This document shows positions 40,901 to 56,650 of a DNA stretch of 64,000 nucleotides, one piece after another (the first letter of the stretch is position 1; the number at the start of each line of letters is the position of its first letter). A model generated the notes under the pieces. It saw nothing but the letters and a program-made list of their open reading frames with translations. It did no database searches and was not told the origin of the DNA. Both the position numbers and the translations under genes were made by a program. The stretch comes from the human T2T-CHM13v2.0 reference genome, Homo sapiens. The DNA is taken from assembly GCF_009914755.1 (NCBI RefSeq), contig NC_060939.1; one strand, given 5' to 3'.

Positions 40901-42999
40901 TCCAAATATCCACTCGCAGATTCTGCAAAAAGAGAGATTCAAATCTGCTGAATCAAAAGATAGGTTTAACTCTGTGACTTCAATGCACACCTCACAAGGG
41001 TGTTTCTCAGAAAGCTTCTGTGTAGTTTTTATATGAAGATATCTCCTTCTCCAAAGCAGGTCTCAAAGCCCTCCAAATATTCACTTCAAGATTCTACGGA
41101 AAGATTGTCTCAACACTGCTAAATCTAAACAAATGTTCAACTCTGTGTGATGAATGCACTCATCACAGAGAAGTTTCTCTGAATGCCTCTGTGTAGTTTT
41201 TATTTGAAGATATTTGCTTTTCCAGTATAGGGCGAAATAGGGCTCCAAATATTCACTTGCAGATTCTACAAAAGGAGAGATTCCAAACTGCTCAATCAAA
41301 ACATAGGTTCAACACTGTGAGTTGAATGCACACATCACAAAGAAGTTTCACAGAGTGCTTCTGGGTAGTTTTTATTTGAGGATATTTCCCTTTCCACAAT
41401 AGGCCTCAAAGCTTTCCAAATATCCACTTGCAGATTCTGCAAAAAGAGAGATACAAAACTGCTCTATCAAAAGATAGATTCGACTCTGTGAGTTGAATGC
41501 CAACATCGCAAAGAAGTTTCTCAGAATGCTTCTCTGCAGCTTTTTTGTGAGTATGTTTCGTTTTCCACCATAGGGCGAAATGGGGCTCCAAATATCCACT
41601 TGCATTTCCTACAAAAAGAGAGATTCTAAGCTGCTCAATCAAAACATTGTTTCAACACGGTTAGTTGAATGCACACATCCCAAAGATGTTTTTCAGAGTG
41701 CTTCTGTGTGGTTTTTATGTGAAGATACTTCCTTTTCCACAATAGGCCTCAAATCTCTGTAAATATCCACTTGCAGACTCTACAAAGAGTGTTTCCAAAC
41801 TGCTCAATCATAAGATAGGTTCAACTCCGATAGTTGAATGCACACATCACAAAGAAGTTTCTCGGAAAGCTTCTGTGTAGTTTTTGATGAAGATATCTTC
41901 TTCTCTAAAACAGAACTCCAAGCCCTCCAAATATTCACTTCAAGATTCTACGGAAAGATTGTCTCAAACTGCTAAATCAAAACAAAGGTTCAACTCTGTG
42001 TGATGAATGCATTCATCACAAAGAAGTTTCTCTGAGTGCTTCTGTGCAGTTTTTATTTGAAGATAATTGCTTTTCCAGTATAGGGCGAAATAGGGCTCCA
42101 AATATTCACTTGCAGATTCTACAGAAAGAGAGATTCCAAACTGCTCAATCAAAACATAGGTTCAACACTGTGAGTTGAATGCATACATCGCAAAGAAGTT
42201 TCACAGAGTACTTCTGGGTGGTTTTTATTTGAAGATATTTCCCTTTCCACAATAGGCCTCAAAGCTTTCCAAATGTCCACTTGCAGATTCCACCAAAAGA
42301 GTGTTTCGAAACTGCTCAATCAAAAGAAAGGTTCTACTCTGTGGGATGAATGCACACATCACAAAGTAGTTTCTCAGAATGCTTCTGTGTAGTTTTTATG
42401 TGAAGATATTTGTTTTTCCACAGTAGGCCCCAAAGAGCTCCAAATATTCACTTGCAGATTCTACAAAAAGAGTGTTCCAAAACTGCTCAATCATGAAATA
42501 GGATCAACCCTGTGAGATGAATGTACGTATGACAGAGAAGTTTCTCAGAATGCTTCTGTGTAGTTTTTATGCGAAGATATTCGATTTTCCACAGTACGCC
42601 TCAAAGTTCTCCAATTATCCACTCGTAGATTCTGCAAAAAGAGAGATTCAAAACTGCTCAATCAAAAGATAGTTTCTACTCCATTAGCTGAAAGACCACA
42701 TCACAAAAAAAGTTTCTCAGGATGCTTCTGTGTAGTTTTTATGTGAAGATATTTGGTTTTCCACAGTAGGCCTCAAAGCGCTCCAAATATCCACTCACAG
42801 ATTCTGCAAAAAGAGAGATTCAAAACTGCTGAATCAAAAGACAGTTTCAACTCTGTGACTTCAGTGCACACCTCACAAGGATGTTTCTCAGAATGCTTCT
42901 GTGTAGTTTTTATATAAAGATATCTCCTTCTCCAAAATGGATCTCAAAGTTCTCCAAATATTCACTTCCAGATTCTATGGAAAGATTGTCTCAAAACTG

Positions 43000-45900
43000 C
43001 TCAATCAAACCAAAGGTTCAACTCTGTGAGATGAATGCACACATCACAAAGAAGTTTCTCAGAGTACTTCTGTGTAGTTTCTATTTGAGGATAGTTCCTT
43101 TTCCACCACAGACCAGAAAGGGCTCCAAATATCCATTGCAGATGGTACAAAAAGTGAGATTCAAAACTGCTCAATCCAAAGGTAGTTTCAACCATGTGAT
43201 GTGAATGCACACAGCACAGAGAATTTTCTCAAAATGCGTCTGTCTAGTTTTTATTTGAAGATATTTCCTTTTCTACCATAGGCCACAAACGTCTCCAAAT
43301 ATCCACATGCAGCTTCTACAAAAAGAGAGATTCAAAACTTCTCAATCAAAAGATAGGTTCAACTCTGTGAGTTGAAAGCACACCTCACAAAGAAGTTTCT
43401 CAGAGTGCTTCTGTGTGTTTTTATGTGAAGATATTTCCTTTTCCACAATAGGCCTCAAAGCTCTCCAAATATCTGCGAGCAGAGTCTACAAAATGAGAGA
43501 TTCAAAACTGCTCAATGAAAAGATAGGTTCAACTCTGTGAGTTGAATGCACACCTCCAAAGAAGTTTCTCAGAATGCTTCCGTGTAGTTTTTATGTGAAG
43601 ATATTTACTTTTCCACAGTTGTCCCAAAGCTCTAAAATATCCACTTGCAGACCCTCCAAAAGAGTGTTTCAGAATTGCTCAATCAAAGGGAAGGTTCAAT
43701 TCTGTGTGACCAATGCACTCATCACAAAGAAGTTTGTCTGAATGCTTCTGTGTAGAATTGATTTGAAGATAATTCCTTTTCCACCACAGTCCGCAAAGGG
43801 CTAAAAATATCCACTTGCCGATTCCACAAAAAGAGAGATTCAAAACTGCTCAATCACAAGATAGGTTCAACTTGGTAATTGGAAAGCACACATGACAAAC
43901 AATTTCTGAGAATGTTTCTGTGTAGTTTTTAAGGGAAGATATTTGATTTTCAAATGTAGGCCTCAAATCGCTCCAAATATCCACTTGCATATTGTACAAA
44001 AAGAGAGATTCAAAACTGGTCCCTCAAAAGTTAGGTCCAGCTCTGTGAGCTGAATGCACACATCACAAAGATGTTTCTCAGAAGGTTTCTGTATAGTTTT
44101 TATATGAAGATATTTGCTTTTCCACAATATGCCTCAAATCTCCCCAATTATCCACTTGCAGATTCTAGAAAAAGAGTGTTTCAAAACAGCTCAATCAAAA
44201 TAAACTTTCAACTCTGTGAGATCAATGCACACATCACAAAGAAGTTTCTCAGAATGCTTCTGTGTAGTTTTTTTTGTGAAGATATTTGATTTTCCACAGC
44301 AGGCTTCCAAGCACTCCAAATATCCACTCGCAGATTCTGCAAAAAGAGAGATTCAAATCTGCTGAATCAAAAGATAGGTTTAACTCTGTGACTTCAATGC
44401 ACACCTCACAAGGGTGTTTCTCAGAAAGCTTCTGTGTAGTTTTTATATGAAGATATCTCCTTCTCCAAAGCAGGTCTCAAAGCCCTCCAAATATTCACTT
44501 CAAGATTCTACGGAAAGATTGTCTCAACACTGCTAAATCTAAACAAATGTTCAACTCTGTGTGATGAATGCACTCATCACAGAGAAGTTTCTCTGAATGC
44601 CTCTGTGTAGTTTTTATTTGAAGATATTTGCTTTTCCAGTATAGGGCGAAATAGGGCTCCAAATATTCACTTGCAGATTCTACAAAAGGAGAGATTCCAA
44701 ACTGCTCAATCAAAACATAGGTTCAACACTGTGAGTTGAATGCACACATCACAAAGAAGTTTCACAGAGTGCTTCTGGGTAGTTTTTATTTGAGGATATT
44801 TCCCTTTCCACAATAGGCCTCAAAGCTTTCCAAATATCCACTTGCAGATTCTGCAAAAAGAGAGATACAAAACTGCTCTATCAAAAGATAGATTCGACTC
44901 TGTGAGTTGAATGCCAACATCGCAAAGAAGTTTCTCAGAATGCTTCTCTGCAGCTTTTTTGTGAGTATGTTTCGTTTTCCACCATAGGGCGAAATGGGGC
45001 TCCAAATATCCACTTGCATTTCCTACAAAAAGAGAGATTCTAAGCTGCTCAATCAAAACATTGTTTCAACACGGTTAGTTGAATGCACACATCCCAAAGA
45101 TGTTTTTCAGAGTGCTTCTGTGTGGTTTTTATGTGAAGATACTTCCTTTTCCACAATAGGCCTCAAATCTCTGTAAATATCCACTTGCAGACTCTACAAA
45201 GAGTGTTTCCAAACTGCTCAATCATAAGATAGGTTCAACTCCGATAGTTGAATGCACACATCACAAAGAAGTTTCTCAGAAAGCTTCTGTGTAGTTTTTG
45301 ATGAAGATATCTTCTTCTCTAAAACAGAACTCCAAGCCCTCCAAATATTCACTTCAAGATTCTACGGAAAGATTGTCTCAAACTGCTAAATCAAAACAAA
45401 GGTTCAACTCTGTGTGATGAATGCATTCATCACAAAGAAGTTTCTCTGAGTGCTTCTGTGCAGTTTTTATTTGAAGATAATTGCTTTTCCAGTATAGGGC
45501 GAAATAGGGCTCCAAATATTCACTTGCAGATTCTACAGAAAGAGAGATTCCAAACTGCTCAATCAAAACATAGGTTCAACACTGTGAGTTGAATGCATAC
45601 ATCGCAAAGAAGTTTCACAGAGTACTTCTGGGTGGTTTTTATTTGAAGATATTTCCCTTTCCACAATAGACCTCAAAGCTTTCCAAATGTCCACTTGCAG
45701 ATTCCACCAAAAGAGTGTTTCAAAACTGCTCAATCAAAAGAAAGGTTCTACTCTGTGGGATGAATGCACACATCACAAAGTAGTTTCTCAGAATGCTTCT
45801 GTGTAGTTTTTATGTGAAGATATTTGTTTTTCCACAGTAGGCCCCAAAGAGCTCCAAATATTCACTTGCAGATTCTACAAAAAGAGTGTTCCAAAACTGC

Positions 45901-48900
45901 TCAATCATGAAATAGGATCAACCCTGTGAGATGAATGTACGTATGACAGAGAAGTTTCTCAGAATGCTTCTGTGTAGTTTTTATGCGAAGATATTCGATT
46001 TTCCACAGTACGCCTCAAAGTTCTCCAATTATCCACTCGTAGATTCTGCAAAAAGAGAGATTCAAAACTGCTCAATCAAAAGATAGTTTCTACTCCATTA
46101 GCTGAAAGACCACATCACAAAAAAAGTTTCTCAGGATGCTTCTGTGTAGTTTTTATGTGAAGATATTTGGTTTTCCACAGTAGGCCTCAAAGCGCTCCAA
46201 ATATCCACTCACAGATTCTGCAAAAAGAGAGATTCAAAACTGCTGAATCAAAAGACAGTTTCAACTCTGTGACTTCAGTGCACACCTCACAAGGATGTTT
46301 CTCAGAATGCTTCTGTGTAGTTTTTATATAAAGATATCTCCTTCTCCAAAATGGATCTCAAAGTTCTCCAAATATTCACTTCCAGATTCTATGGAAAGAT
46401 TGTCTCAAAACTGCTCAATCAAACCAAAGGTTCAACTCTGTGACATGAATGCACACATCACAAAGAAGTTTCTCAGAGTACTTCTGTGTAGTTTCTATTT
46501 GAGGATAGTTCCTTTTCCACCACAGACCAGAAAGGGCTCCAAATATCCATTGCAGATGGTACAAAAAGTGAGATTCAAAACTGCTCAATCCAAAGGTAGT
46601 TTCAACCATGTGATATGAATGCACACAGCACAGAGAATTTTCTCAAAATGCGTCTGTCTAGTTTTTATTTGAAGATATTTCCTTTTCTACCATAGGCCAC
46701 AAACGTCTACAAATATCCACATGCAGCTTCTACAAAAAGAGAGATTCAAAACTTCTCAATCAAAAGATAGGTTCAACTCTGTGAGTTGAAAGCACACCTC
46801 ACAAAGAAGTTTCTCAGAGTGCTTCTGTGTGTTTTTATGTGAAGATATTTCCTTTTCCACAATAGGCCTCAAAGCTCTCCAAATATCTGCGAGCAGAGTC
46901 TACAAAATGAGAGATTCAAAACTGCTCAATGAAAAGATAGGTTCAACTCTGTGAGTTGAATGCACACCTCCAAAGAAGTTTCTCAGAATGCTTCCGTGTA
47001 GTTTTTATGTGAAGATATTTACTTTTCCACAGTTGTCCCAAAGCTCTAAAATGTCCACTTGCAGACCCTCCAAAAGAGTGTTTCAGAATTGCTCAATCAA
47101 TGGAAAGGTTCAATTCTGTGTGACCAATGCACTCATCACAAAGAAGTTTGTCTGAATGCTTCTGTGTAGAATTGATTTGAAGATAATTCCTTTTCCACCA
47201 CAGTCCGCAAAGGGCTAAAAATATCCACTTGCCGATTCCACAAAAAGAGAGATTCAAAACTGCTCAATCACAAGATAGGTTCAACTTGGTAATTGGAAAG
47301 CACACATGACAAACAATTTCTGAGAATGTTTCTGTGTAGTTTTTAAGGGAAGATATTTGATTTTCAAATGTAGGCCTCAAATCGCTCCAAATATCCACTT
47401 GCATATTGTACAAAAAGAGAGATTCAAAACTGGTCACTCAAAAGTTAGGTCCAGCTCTGTGAGCTGAATGCACACATCACAAAGATGTTTCTCAGAAGGT
47501 TTCTGTATAGTTTTTATATGAAGATATTTGCTTTTCCACAATATGCCTCAAATCTCCCCAATTATCCACTTGCAGATTCTAGAAAAAGAGTGTTTCAAAA
47601 CAGCTCAATCAAAATAAACTTTCAACTCTGTGAGATCAATGCACACATCACAAAGAAGTTTCTCAGAATGCTTCTGTGTAGTTTTTTTTGTGAAGATATT
47701 TGATTTTCCACAGCAGGCTTCCAAGCACTCCAAATATCCACTCGCAGATTCTGCAAAAAGAGAGATTCAAATCTGCTGAATCAAAAGATAGGTTTAACTC
47801 TGTGACTTCAATGCACACCTCACAAGGGTGTTTCTCAGAAAGCTTCTGTGTAGTTTTTATATGAAGATATCTCCTTCTCCAAAGCAGGTCTCAAAGCCCT
47901 CCAAATATTCACTTCAAGATTCTACGGAAAGATTGTCTCAACACTGCTAAATCTAAACAAATGTTCAACTCTGTGTGATGAATGCACTCATCACAGAGAA
48001 GTTTCTCTGAATGCCTCTGTGTAGTTTTTATTTGAAGATATTTGCTTTTCCAGTATAGGGCGAAATAGGGCTCCAAATATTCACTTGCAGATTCTACAAA
48101 AGGAGAGATTCCAAACTGCTCAATCAAAACATAGGTTCAACACTGTGAGTTGAATGCACACATCACAAAGAAGTTTCACAGAGTGCTTCTGGGTAGTTTT
48201 TATTTGAGGATATTTCCCTTTCCACAATAGGCCTCAAAGCTTTCCAAATATCCACTTGCAGATTCTGCAAAAAGAGAGATACAAAACTGCTCTATCAAAA
48301 GATAGATTCGACTCTGTGAGTTGAATGCCAACATCGCAAAGAAGTTTCTCAGAATGCTTCTCTGCAGCTTTTTTGTGAGTATGTTTCGTTTTCCACCATA
48401 GGGCGAAATGGGGCTCCAAATATCCACTTGCATTTCCTACAAAAAGAGAGATTCTAAGCTGCTCAATCAAAACATTGTTTCAACACGGTTAGTTGAATGC
48501 ACACATCCCAAAGATGTTTTTCAGAGTGCTTCTGTGTGGTTTTTATGTGAAGATACTTCCTTTTCCACAATAGGCCTCAAATCTCTGTAAATATCCACTT
48601 GCAGACTCTACAAAGAGTGTTTCCAAACTGCTCAATCATAAGATAGGTTCAACTCCGATAGTTGAATGCACACATCACAAAGAAGTTTCTCAGAAAGCTT
48701 CTGTGTAGTTTTTGATGAAGATATCTTCTTCTCTAAAACAGAACTCCAAGCCCTCCAAATATTCACTTCAAGATTCTACGGAAAGATTGTCTCAAACTGC
48801 TAAATCAAAACAAAGGTTCAACTCTGTGTGATGAATGCATTCATCACAAAGAAGTTTCTCTGAGTGCTTCTGTGCAGTTTTTATTTGAAGATAATTGCTT

Positions 48901-51900
48901 TTCCAGTATAGGGCGAAATAGGGCTCCAAATATTCACTTGCAGATTCTACAGAAAGAGAGATTCCAAACTGCTCAATCAAAACATAGGTTCAACACTGTG
49001 AGTTGAATGCATACATCGCAAAGAAGTTTCACAGAGTACTTCTGGGTGGTTTTTATTTGAAGATATTTCCCTTTCCACAATAGGCCTCAAAGCTTTCCAA
49101 ATGTCCACTTGCAGATTCCACCAAAAGAGTGTTTCGAAACTGCTCAATCAAAAGAAAGGTTCTACTCTGTGGGATGAATGCACACATCACAAAGTAGTTT
49201 CTCAGAATGCTTCTGTGTAGTTTTTATGTGAAGATATTTGTTTTTCCACAGTAGGCCCCAAAGAGCTCCAAATATTCACTTGCAGATTCTACAAAAAGAG
49301 TGTTCCAAAACTGCTCCATCATGAAATAGGATCAACCCTGTGAGATGAATGTACGTATGACAGAGAAGTTTCTCAGAATGCTTCTGTGTAGTTTTTATGC
49401 GAAGATATTCGACTTTCCACAGTACGCCTCAAAGTTCTCCAATTATCCACTCGTAGATCCTGCAAAAAGAGAGATTCAAAACTGCTCAATCAAAAGATAG
49501 TTTCTACTCCATTAGCTGAAAGACCACATCACAAAAAAAGTTTCTCAGGATGCTTCTGTGTAGTTTTTATGTGAAGATATTTGGTTTTCCACAGTAGGCC
49601 TCAAAGCGCTCCAAATATCCACTCACAGATTCTGCAAAAAGAGAGATTCAAAACTGCTGAATCAAAAGACAGTTTCAACTCTGTGACTTCAGTGCACACC
49701 TCACAAGGATGTTTCTCAGAATGCTTCTGTGTAGTTTTTATATAAAGATATCTCCTTCTCCAAAATGGATCTCAAAGTTCTCCAAATATTCACTTCCAGA
49801 TTCTATGGAAAGATTGTCTCAAAACTGCTCAATCAAACCAAAGGTTCAACTCTGTGAGATGAATGCACACATCACAAAGAAGTTTCTCAGAGTACTTCTG
49901 TGTAGTTTCTATTTGAGGATAGTTCCTTTTCCACCACAGACCAGAAAGGGCTCCAAATATCCATTGCAGATGGTACAAAAAGTGAGATTCAAAACTGCTC
50001 AATCCAAAGGTAGTTTCAACCATGTGATGTGAATGCACACAGCACAGAGAATTTTCTCAAAATGCGTCTGTCTAGTTTTTATTTGAAGATATTTCCTTTT
50101 CTACCATAGGCCACAAACGTCTCCAAATATCCACATGCAGCTTCTACAAAAAGAGAGATTCAAAACTTCTCAATCAAAAGATAGGTTCAACTCTGTGAGT
50201 TGAAAGCACACCTCACAAAGAAGTTTCTCAGAGTGCTTCTGTGTGTTTTTATGTGAAGATATTTCCTTTTCCACAATAGGCCTCAAAGCTCTCCAAATAT
50301 CTGCGAGCAGAGTCTACAAAATGAGAGATTCAAAACTGCTCAATGAAAAGATAGGTTCAACTCTGTGAGTTGAATGCACACCTCCAAAGAAGTTTCTCAG
50401 AATGCTTCCGTGTAGTTTTTATGTGAAGATATTTACTTTTCCACAGTTGTCCCAAAGCTCTAAAATATCCACTTGCAGACCCTCCAAAAGAGTGTTTCAG
50501 AATTGCTCAATCAAAGGGAAGGTTCAATTCTGTGTGACCAATGCACTCATCACAAAGAAGTTTGTCTGAATGCTTCTGTGTAGAATTGATTTGAAGATAA
50601 TTCCTTTTCCACCACAGTCCGCAAAGGGCTAAAAATATCCACTTGCCGATTCCACAAAAAGAGAGATTCAAAACTGCTCAATCACAAGATAGGTTCAACT
50701 TGGTAATTGGAAAGCACACATGACAAACAATTTCTGAGAATGTTTCTGTGTAGTTTTTAAGGGAAGATATTTGATTTTCAAATGTAGGCCTCAAATCGCT
50801 CCAAATATCCACTTGCATATTGTACAAAAAGAGAGATTCAAAACTGGTCCCTCAAAAGTTAGGTCCAGCTCTGTGAGCTGAATGCACACATCACAAAGAT
50901 GTTTCTCAGAAGGTTTCTGTATAGTTTTTATATGAAGATATTTGCTTTTCCACAATATGCCTCAAATCTCCCCAATTATCCACTTGCAGATTCTAGAAAA
51001 AGAGTGTTTCAAAACAGCTCAATCAAAATAAACTTTCAACTCTGTGAGATCAATGCACACATCACAAAGAAGTTTCTCAGAATGCTTCTGTGTAGTTTTT
51101 TTTGTGAAGATATTTGATTTTCCACAGCAGGCTTCCAAGCACTCCAAATATCCACTCGCAGATTCTGCAAAAAGAGAGATTCAAATCTGCTGAATCAAAA
51201 GATAGGTTTAACTCTGTGACTTCAATGCACACCTCACAAGGGTGTTTCTCAGAAAGCTTCTGTGTAGTTTTTATATGAAGATATCTCCTTCTCCAAAGCA
51301 GGTCTCAAAGCCCTCCAAATATTCACTTCAAGATTCTACGGAAAGATTGTCTCAACACTGCTAAATCTAAACAAATGTTCAACTCTGTGTGATGAATGCA
51401 CTCATCACAGAGAAGTTTCTCTGAATGCCTCTGTGTAGTTTTTATTTGAAGATATTTGCTTTTCCAGTATAGGGCGAAATAGGGCTCCAAATATTCACTT
51501 GCAGATTCTACAAAAGGAGAGATTCCAAACTGCTCAATCAAAACATAGGTTCAACACTGTGAGTTGAATGCACACATCACAAAGAAGTTTCACAGAGTGC
51601 TTCTGGGTAGTTTTTATTTGAGGATATTTCCCTTTCCACAATAGGCCTCAAAGCTTTCCAAATATCCACTTGCAGATTCTGCAAAAAGAGAGATACAAAA
51701 CTGCTCTATCAAAAGATAGATTCGACTCTGTGAGTTGAATGCCAACATCGCAAAGAAGTTTCTCAGAATGCTTCTCTGCAGCTTTTTTGTGAGTATGTTT
51801 CGTTTTCCACCATAGGGCGAAATGGGGCTCCAAATATCCACTTGCATTTCCTACAAAAAGAGAGATTCTAAGCTGCTCAATCAAAACATTGTTTCAACAC

Positions 51901-54900
51901 GGTTAGTTGAATGCACACATCCCAAAGATGTTTTTCAGAGTGCTTCTGTGTGGTTTTTATGTGAAGATACTTCCTTTTCCACAATAGGCCTCAAATCTCT
52001 GTAAATATCCACTTGCAGACTCTACAAAGAGTGTTTCCAAACTGCTCAATCATAAGATAGGTTCAACTCCGATAGTTGAATGCACACATCACAAAGAAGT
52101 TTCTCAGAAAGCTTCTGTGTAGTTTTTGATGAAGATATCTTCTTCTCTAAAACAGAACTCCAAGCCCTCCAAATATTCACTTCAAGATTCTACGGAAAGA
52201 TTGTCTCAAACTGCTAAATCAAAACAAAGGTTCAACTCTGTGTGATGAATGCATTCATCACAAAGAAGTTTCTCTGAGTGCTTCTGTGCAGTTTTTATTT
52301 GAAGATAATTGCTTTTCCAGTATAGGGCGAAATAGGGCTCCAAATATTCACTTGCAGATTCTACAGAAAGAGAGATTCCAAACTGCTCAATCAAAACATA
52401 GGTTCAACACTGTGAGTTGAATGCATACATCGCAAAGAAGTTTCACAGAGTACTTCTGGGTGGTTTTTATTTGAAGATATTTCCCTTTCCACAATAGACC
52501 TCAAAGCTTTCCAAATGTCCACTTGCAGATTCCACCAAAAGAGTGTTTCAAAACTGCTCAATCAAAAGAAAGGTTCTACTCTGTGGGATGAATGCACACA
52601 TCACAAAGTAGTTTCTCAGAATGCTTCTGTGTAGTTTTTATGTGAAGATATTTGTTTTTCCACAGTAGGCCCCAAAGAGCTCCAAATATTCACTTGCAGA
52701 TTCTACAAAAAGAGTGTTCCAAAACTGCTCAATCATGAAATAGGATCAACCCTGTGAGATGAATGTACGTATGACAGAGAAGTTTCTCAGAATGCTTCTG
52801 TGTAGTTTTTATGCGAAGATATTCGATTTTCCACAGTACGCCTCAAAGTTCTCCAATTATCCACTCGTAGATTCTGCAAAAAGAGAGATTCAAAACTGCT
52901 CAATCAAAAGATAGTTTCTACTCCATTAGCTGAAAGACCACATCACAAAAAAAGTTTCTCAGGATGCTTCTGTGTAGTTTTTATGTGAAGATATTTGGTT
53001 TTCCACAGTAGGCCTCAAAGCGCTCCAAATATCCACTCACAGATTCTGCAAAAAGAGAGATTCAAAACTGCTGAATCAAAAGACAGTTTCAACTCTGTGA
53101 CTTCAGTGCACACCTCACAAGGATGTTTCTCAGAATGCTTCTGTGTAGTTTTTATATAAAGATATCTCCTTCTCCAAAATGGATCTCAAAGTTCTCCAAA
53201 TATTCACTTCCAGATTCTATGGAAAGATTGTCTCAAAACTGCTCAATCAAACCAAAGGTTCAACTCTGTGACATGAATGCACACATCACAAAGAAGTTTC
53301 TCAGAGTACTTCTGTGTAGTTTCTATTTGAGGATAGTTCCTTTTCCACCACAGACCAGAAAGGGCTCCAAATATCCATTGCAGATGGTACAAAAAGTGAG
53401 ATTCAAAACTGCTCAATCCAAAGGTAGTTTCAACCATGTGATATGAATGCACACAGCACAGAGAATTTTCTCAAAATGCGTCTGTCTAGTTTTTATTTGA
53501 AGATATTTCCTTTTCTACCATAGGCCACAAACGTCTACAAATATCCACATGCAGCTTCTACAAAAAGAGAGATTCAAAACTTCTCAATCAAAAGATAGGT
53601 TCAACTCTGTGAGTTGAAAGCACACCTCACAAAGAAGTTTCTCAGAGTGCTTCTGTGTGTTTTTATGTGAAGATATTTCCTTTTCCACAATAGGCCTCAA
53701 AGCTCTCCAAATATCTGCGAGCAGAGTCTACAAAATGAGAGATTCAAAACTGCTCAATGAAAAGATAGGTTCAACTCTGTGAGTTGAATGCACACCTCCA
53801 AAGAAGTTTCTCAGAATGCTTCCGTGTAGTTTTTATGTGAAGATATTTACTTTTCCACAGTTGTCCCAAAGCTCTAAAATGTCCACTTGCAGACCCTCCA
53901 AAAGAGTGTTTCAGAATTGCTCAATCAATGGAAAGGTTCAATTCTGTGTGACCAATGCACTCATCACAAAGAAGTTTGTCTGAATGCTTCTGTGTAGAAT
54001 TGATTTGAAGATAATTCCTTTTCCACCACAGTCCGCAAAGGGCTAAAAATATCCACTTGCCGATTCCACAAAAAGAGAGATTCAAAACTGCTCAATCACA
54101 AGATAGGTTCAACTTGGTAATTGGAAAGCACACATGACAAACAATTTCTGAGAATGTTTCTGTGTAGTTTTTAAGGGAAGATATTTGATTTTCAAATGTA
54201 GGCCTCAAATCGCTCCAAATATCCACTTGCATATTGTACAAAAAGAGAGATTCAAAACTGGTCACTCAAAAGTTAGGTCCAGCTCTGTGAGCTGAATGCA
54301 CACATCACAAAGATGTTTCTCAGAAGGTTTCTGTATAGTTTTTATATGAAGATATTTGCTTTTCCACAATATGCCTCAAATCTCCCCAATTATCCACTTG
54401 CAGATTCTAGAAAAAGAGTGTTTCAAAACAGCTCAATCAAAATAAACTTTCAACTCTGTGAGATCAATGCACACATCACAAAGAAGTTTCTCAGAATGCT
54501 TCTGTGTAGTTTTTTTTGTGAAGATATTTGATTTTCCACAGCAGGCTTCCAAGCACTCCAAATATCCACTCGCAGATTCTGCAAAAAGAGAGATTCAAAT
54601 CTGCTGAATCAAAAGATAGGTTTAACTCTGTGACTTCAATGCACACCTCACAAGGGTGTTTCTCAGAAAGCTTCTGTGTAGTTTTTATATGAAGATATCT
54701 CCTTCTCCAAAGCAGGTCTCAAAGCCCTCCAAATATTCACTTCAAGATTCTACGGAAAGATTGTCTCAACACTGCTAAATCTAAACAAATGTTCAACTCT
54801 GTGTGATGAATGCACTCATCACAGAGAAGTTTCTCTGAATGCCTCTGTGTAGTTTTTATTTGAAGATATTTGCTTTTCCAGTATAGGGCGAAATAGGGCT

Positions 54901-56650
54901 CCAAATATTCACTTGCAGATTCTACAAAAGGAGAGATTCCAAACTGCTCAATCAAAACATAGGTTCAACACTGTGAGTTGAATGCACACATCACAAAGAA
55001 GTTTCACAGAGTGCTTCTGGGTAGTTTTTATTTGAGGATATTTCCCTTTCCACAATAGGCCTCAAAGCTTTCCAAATATCCACTTGCAGATTCTGCAAAA
55101 AGAGAGATACAAAACTGCTCTATCAAAAGATAGATTCGACTCTGTGAGTTGAATGCCAACATCGCAAAGAAGTTTCTCAGAATGCTTCTCTGCAGCTTTT
55201 TTGTGAGTATGTTTCGTTTTCCACCATAGGGCGAAATGGGGCTCCAAATATCCACTTGCATTTCCTACAAAAAGAGAGATTCTAAGCTGCTCAATCAAAA
55301 CATTGTTTCAACACGGTTAGTTGAATGCACACATCCCAAAGATGTTTTTCAGAGTGCTTCTGTGTGGTTTTTATGTGAAGATACTTCCTTTTCCACAATA
55401 GGCCTCAAATCTCTGTAAATATCCACTTGCAGACTCTACAAAGAGTGTTTCCAAACTGCTCAATCATAAGATAGGTTCAACTCCGATAGTTGAATGCACA
55501 CATCACAAAGAAGTTTCTCAGAAAGCTTCTGTGTAGTTTTTGATGAAGATATCTTCTTCTCTAAAACAGAACTCCAAGCCCTCCAAATATTCACTTCAAG
55601 ATTCTACGGAAAGATTGTCTCAAACTGCTAAATCAAAACAAAGGTTCAACTCTGTGTGATGAATGCATTCATCACAAAGAAGTTTCTCTGAGTGCTTCTG
55701 TGCAGTTTTTATTTGAAGATAATTGCTTTTCCAGTATAGGGCGAAATAGGGCTCCAAATATTCACTTGCAGATTCTACAGAAAGAGAGATTCCAAACTGC
55801 TCAATCAAAACATAGGTTCAACACTGTGAGTTGAATGCATACATCGCAAAGAAGTTTCACAGAGTACTTCTGGGTGGTTTTTATTTGAAGATATTTCCCT
55901 TTCCACAATAGGCCTCAAAGCTTTCCAAATGTCCACTTGCAGATTCCACCAAAAGAGTGTTTCGAAACTGCTCAATCAAAAGAAAGGTTCTACTCTGTGG
56001 GATGAATGCACACATCACAAAGTAGTTTCTCAGAATGCTTCTGTGTAGTTTTTATGTGAAGATATTTGTTTTTCCACAGTAGGCCCCAAAGAGCTCCAAA
56101 TATTCACTTGCAGATTCTACAAAAAGAGTGTTCCAAAACTGCTCAATCATGAAATAGGATCAACCCTGTGAGATGAATGTACGTATGACAGAGAAGTTTC
56201 TCAGAATGCTTCTGTGTAGTTTTTATGCGAAGATATTCGATTTTCCACAGTACGCCTCAAAGTTCTCCAATTATCCACTCGTAGATTCTGCAAAAAGAGA
56301 GATTCAAAACTGCTCAATCAAAAGATAGTTTCTACTCCATTAGCTGAAAGACCACATCACAAAAAAAGTTTCTCAGGATGCTTCTGTGTAGTTTTTATGT
56401 GAAGATATTTGGTTTTCCACAGTAGGCCTCAAAGCGCTCCAAATATCCACTCACAGATTCTGCAAAAAGAGAGATTCAAAACTGCTGAATCAAAAGACAG
56501 TTTCAACTCTGTGACTTCAGTGCACACCTCACAAGGATGTTTCTCAGAATGCTTCTGTGTAGTTTTTATATAAAGATATCTCCTTCTCCAAAATGGATCT
56601 CAAAGTTCTCCAAATATTCACTTCCAGATTCTATGGAAAGATTGTCTCAA
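43000..56650 (-). repeat. Tandem duplication of a two-HOR block (6828 bp, 40 monomers)
   Basis: SNPs recur at 6828-bp rather than 3414-bp spacing: 43201/50029, 44022/50850, 45670/52498, 45722/52550, 46444/53272, 46709/53537, 47101+47104/53929+53932. Boundaries are approximate. Confidence 0.88.
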
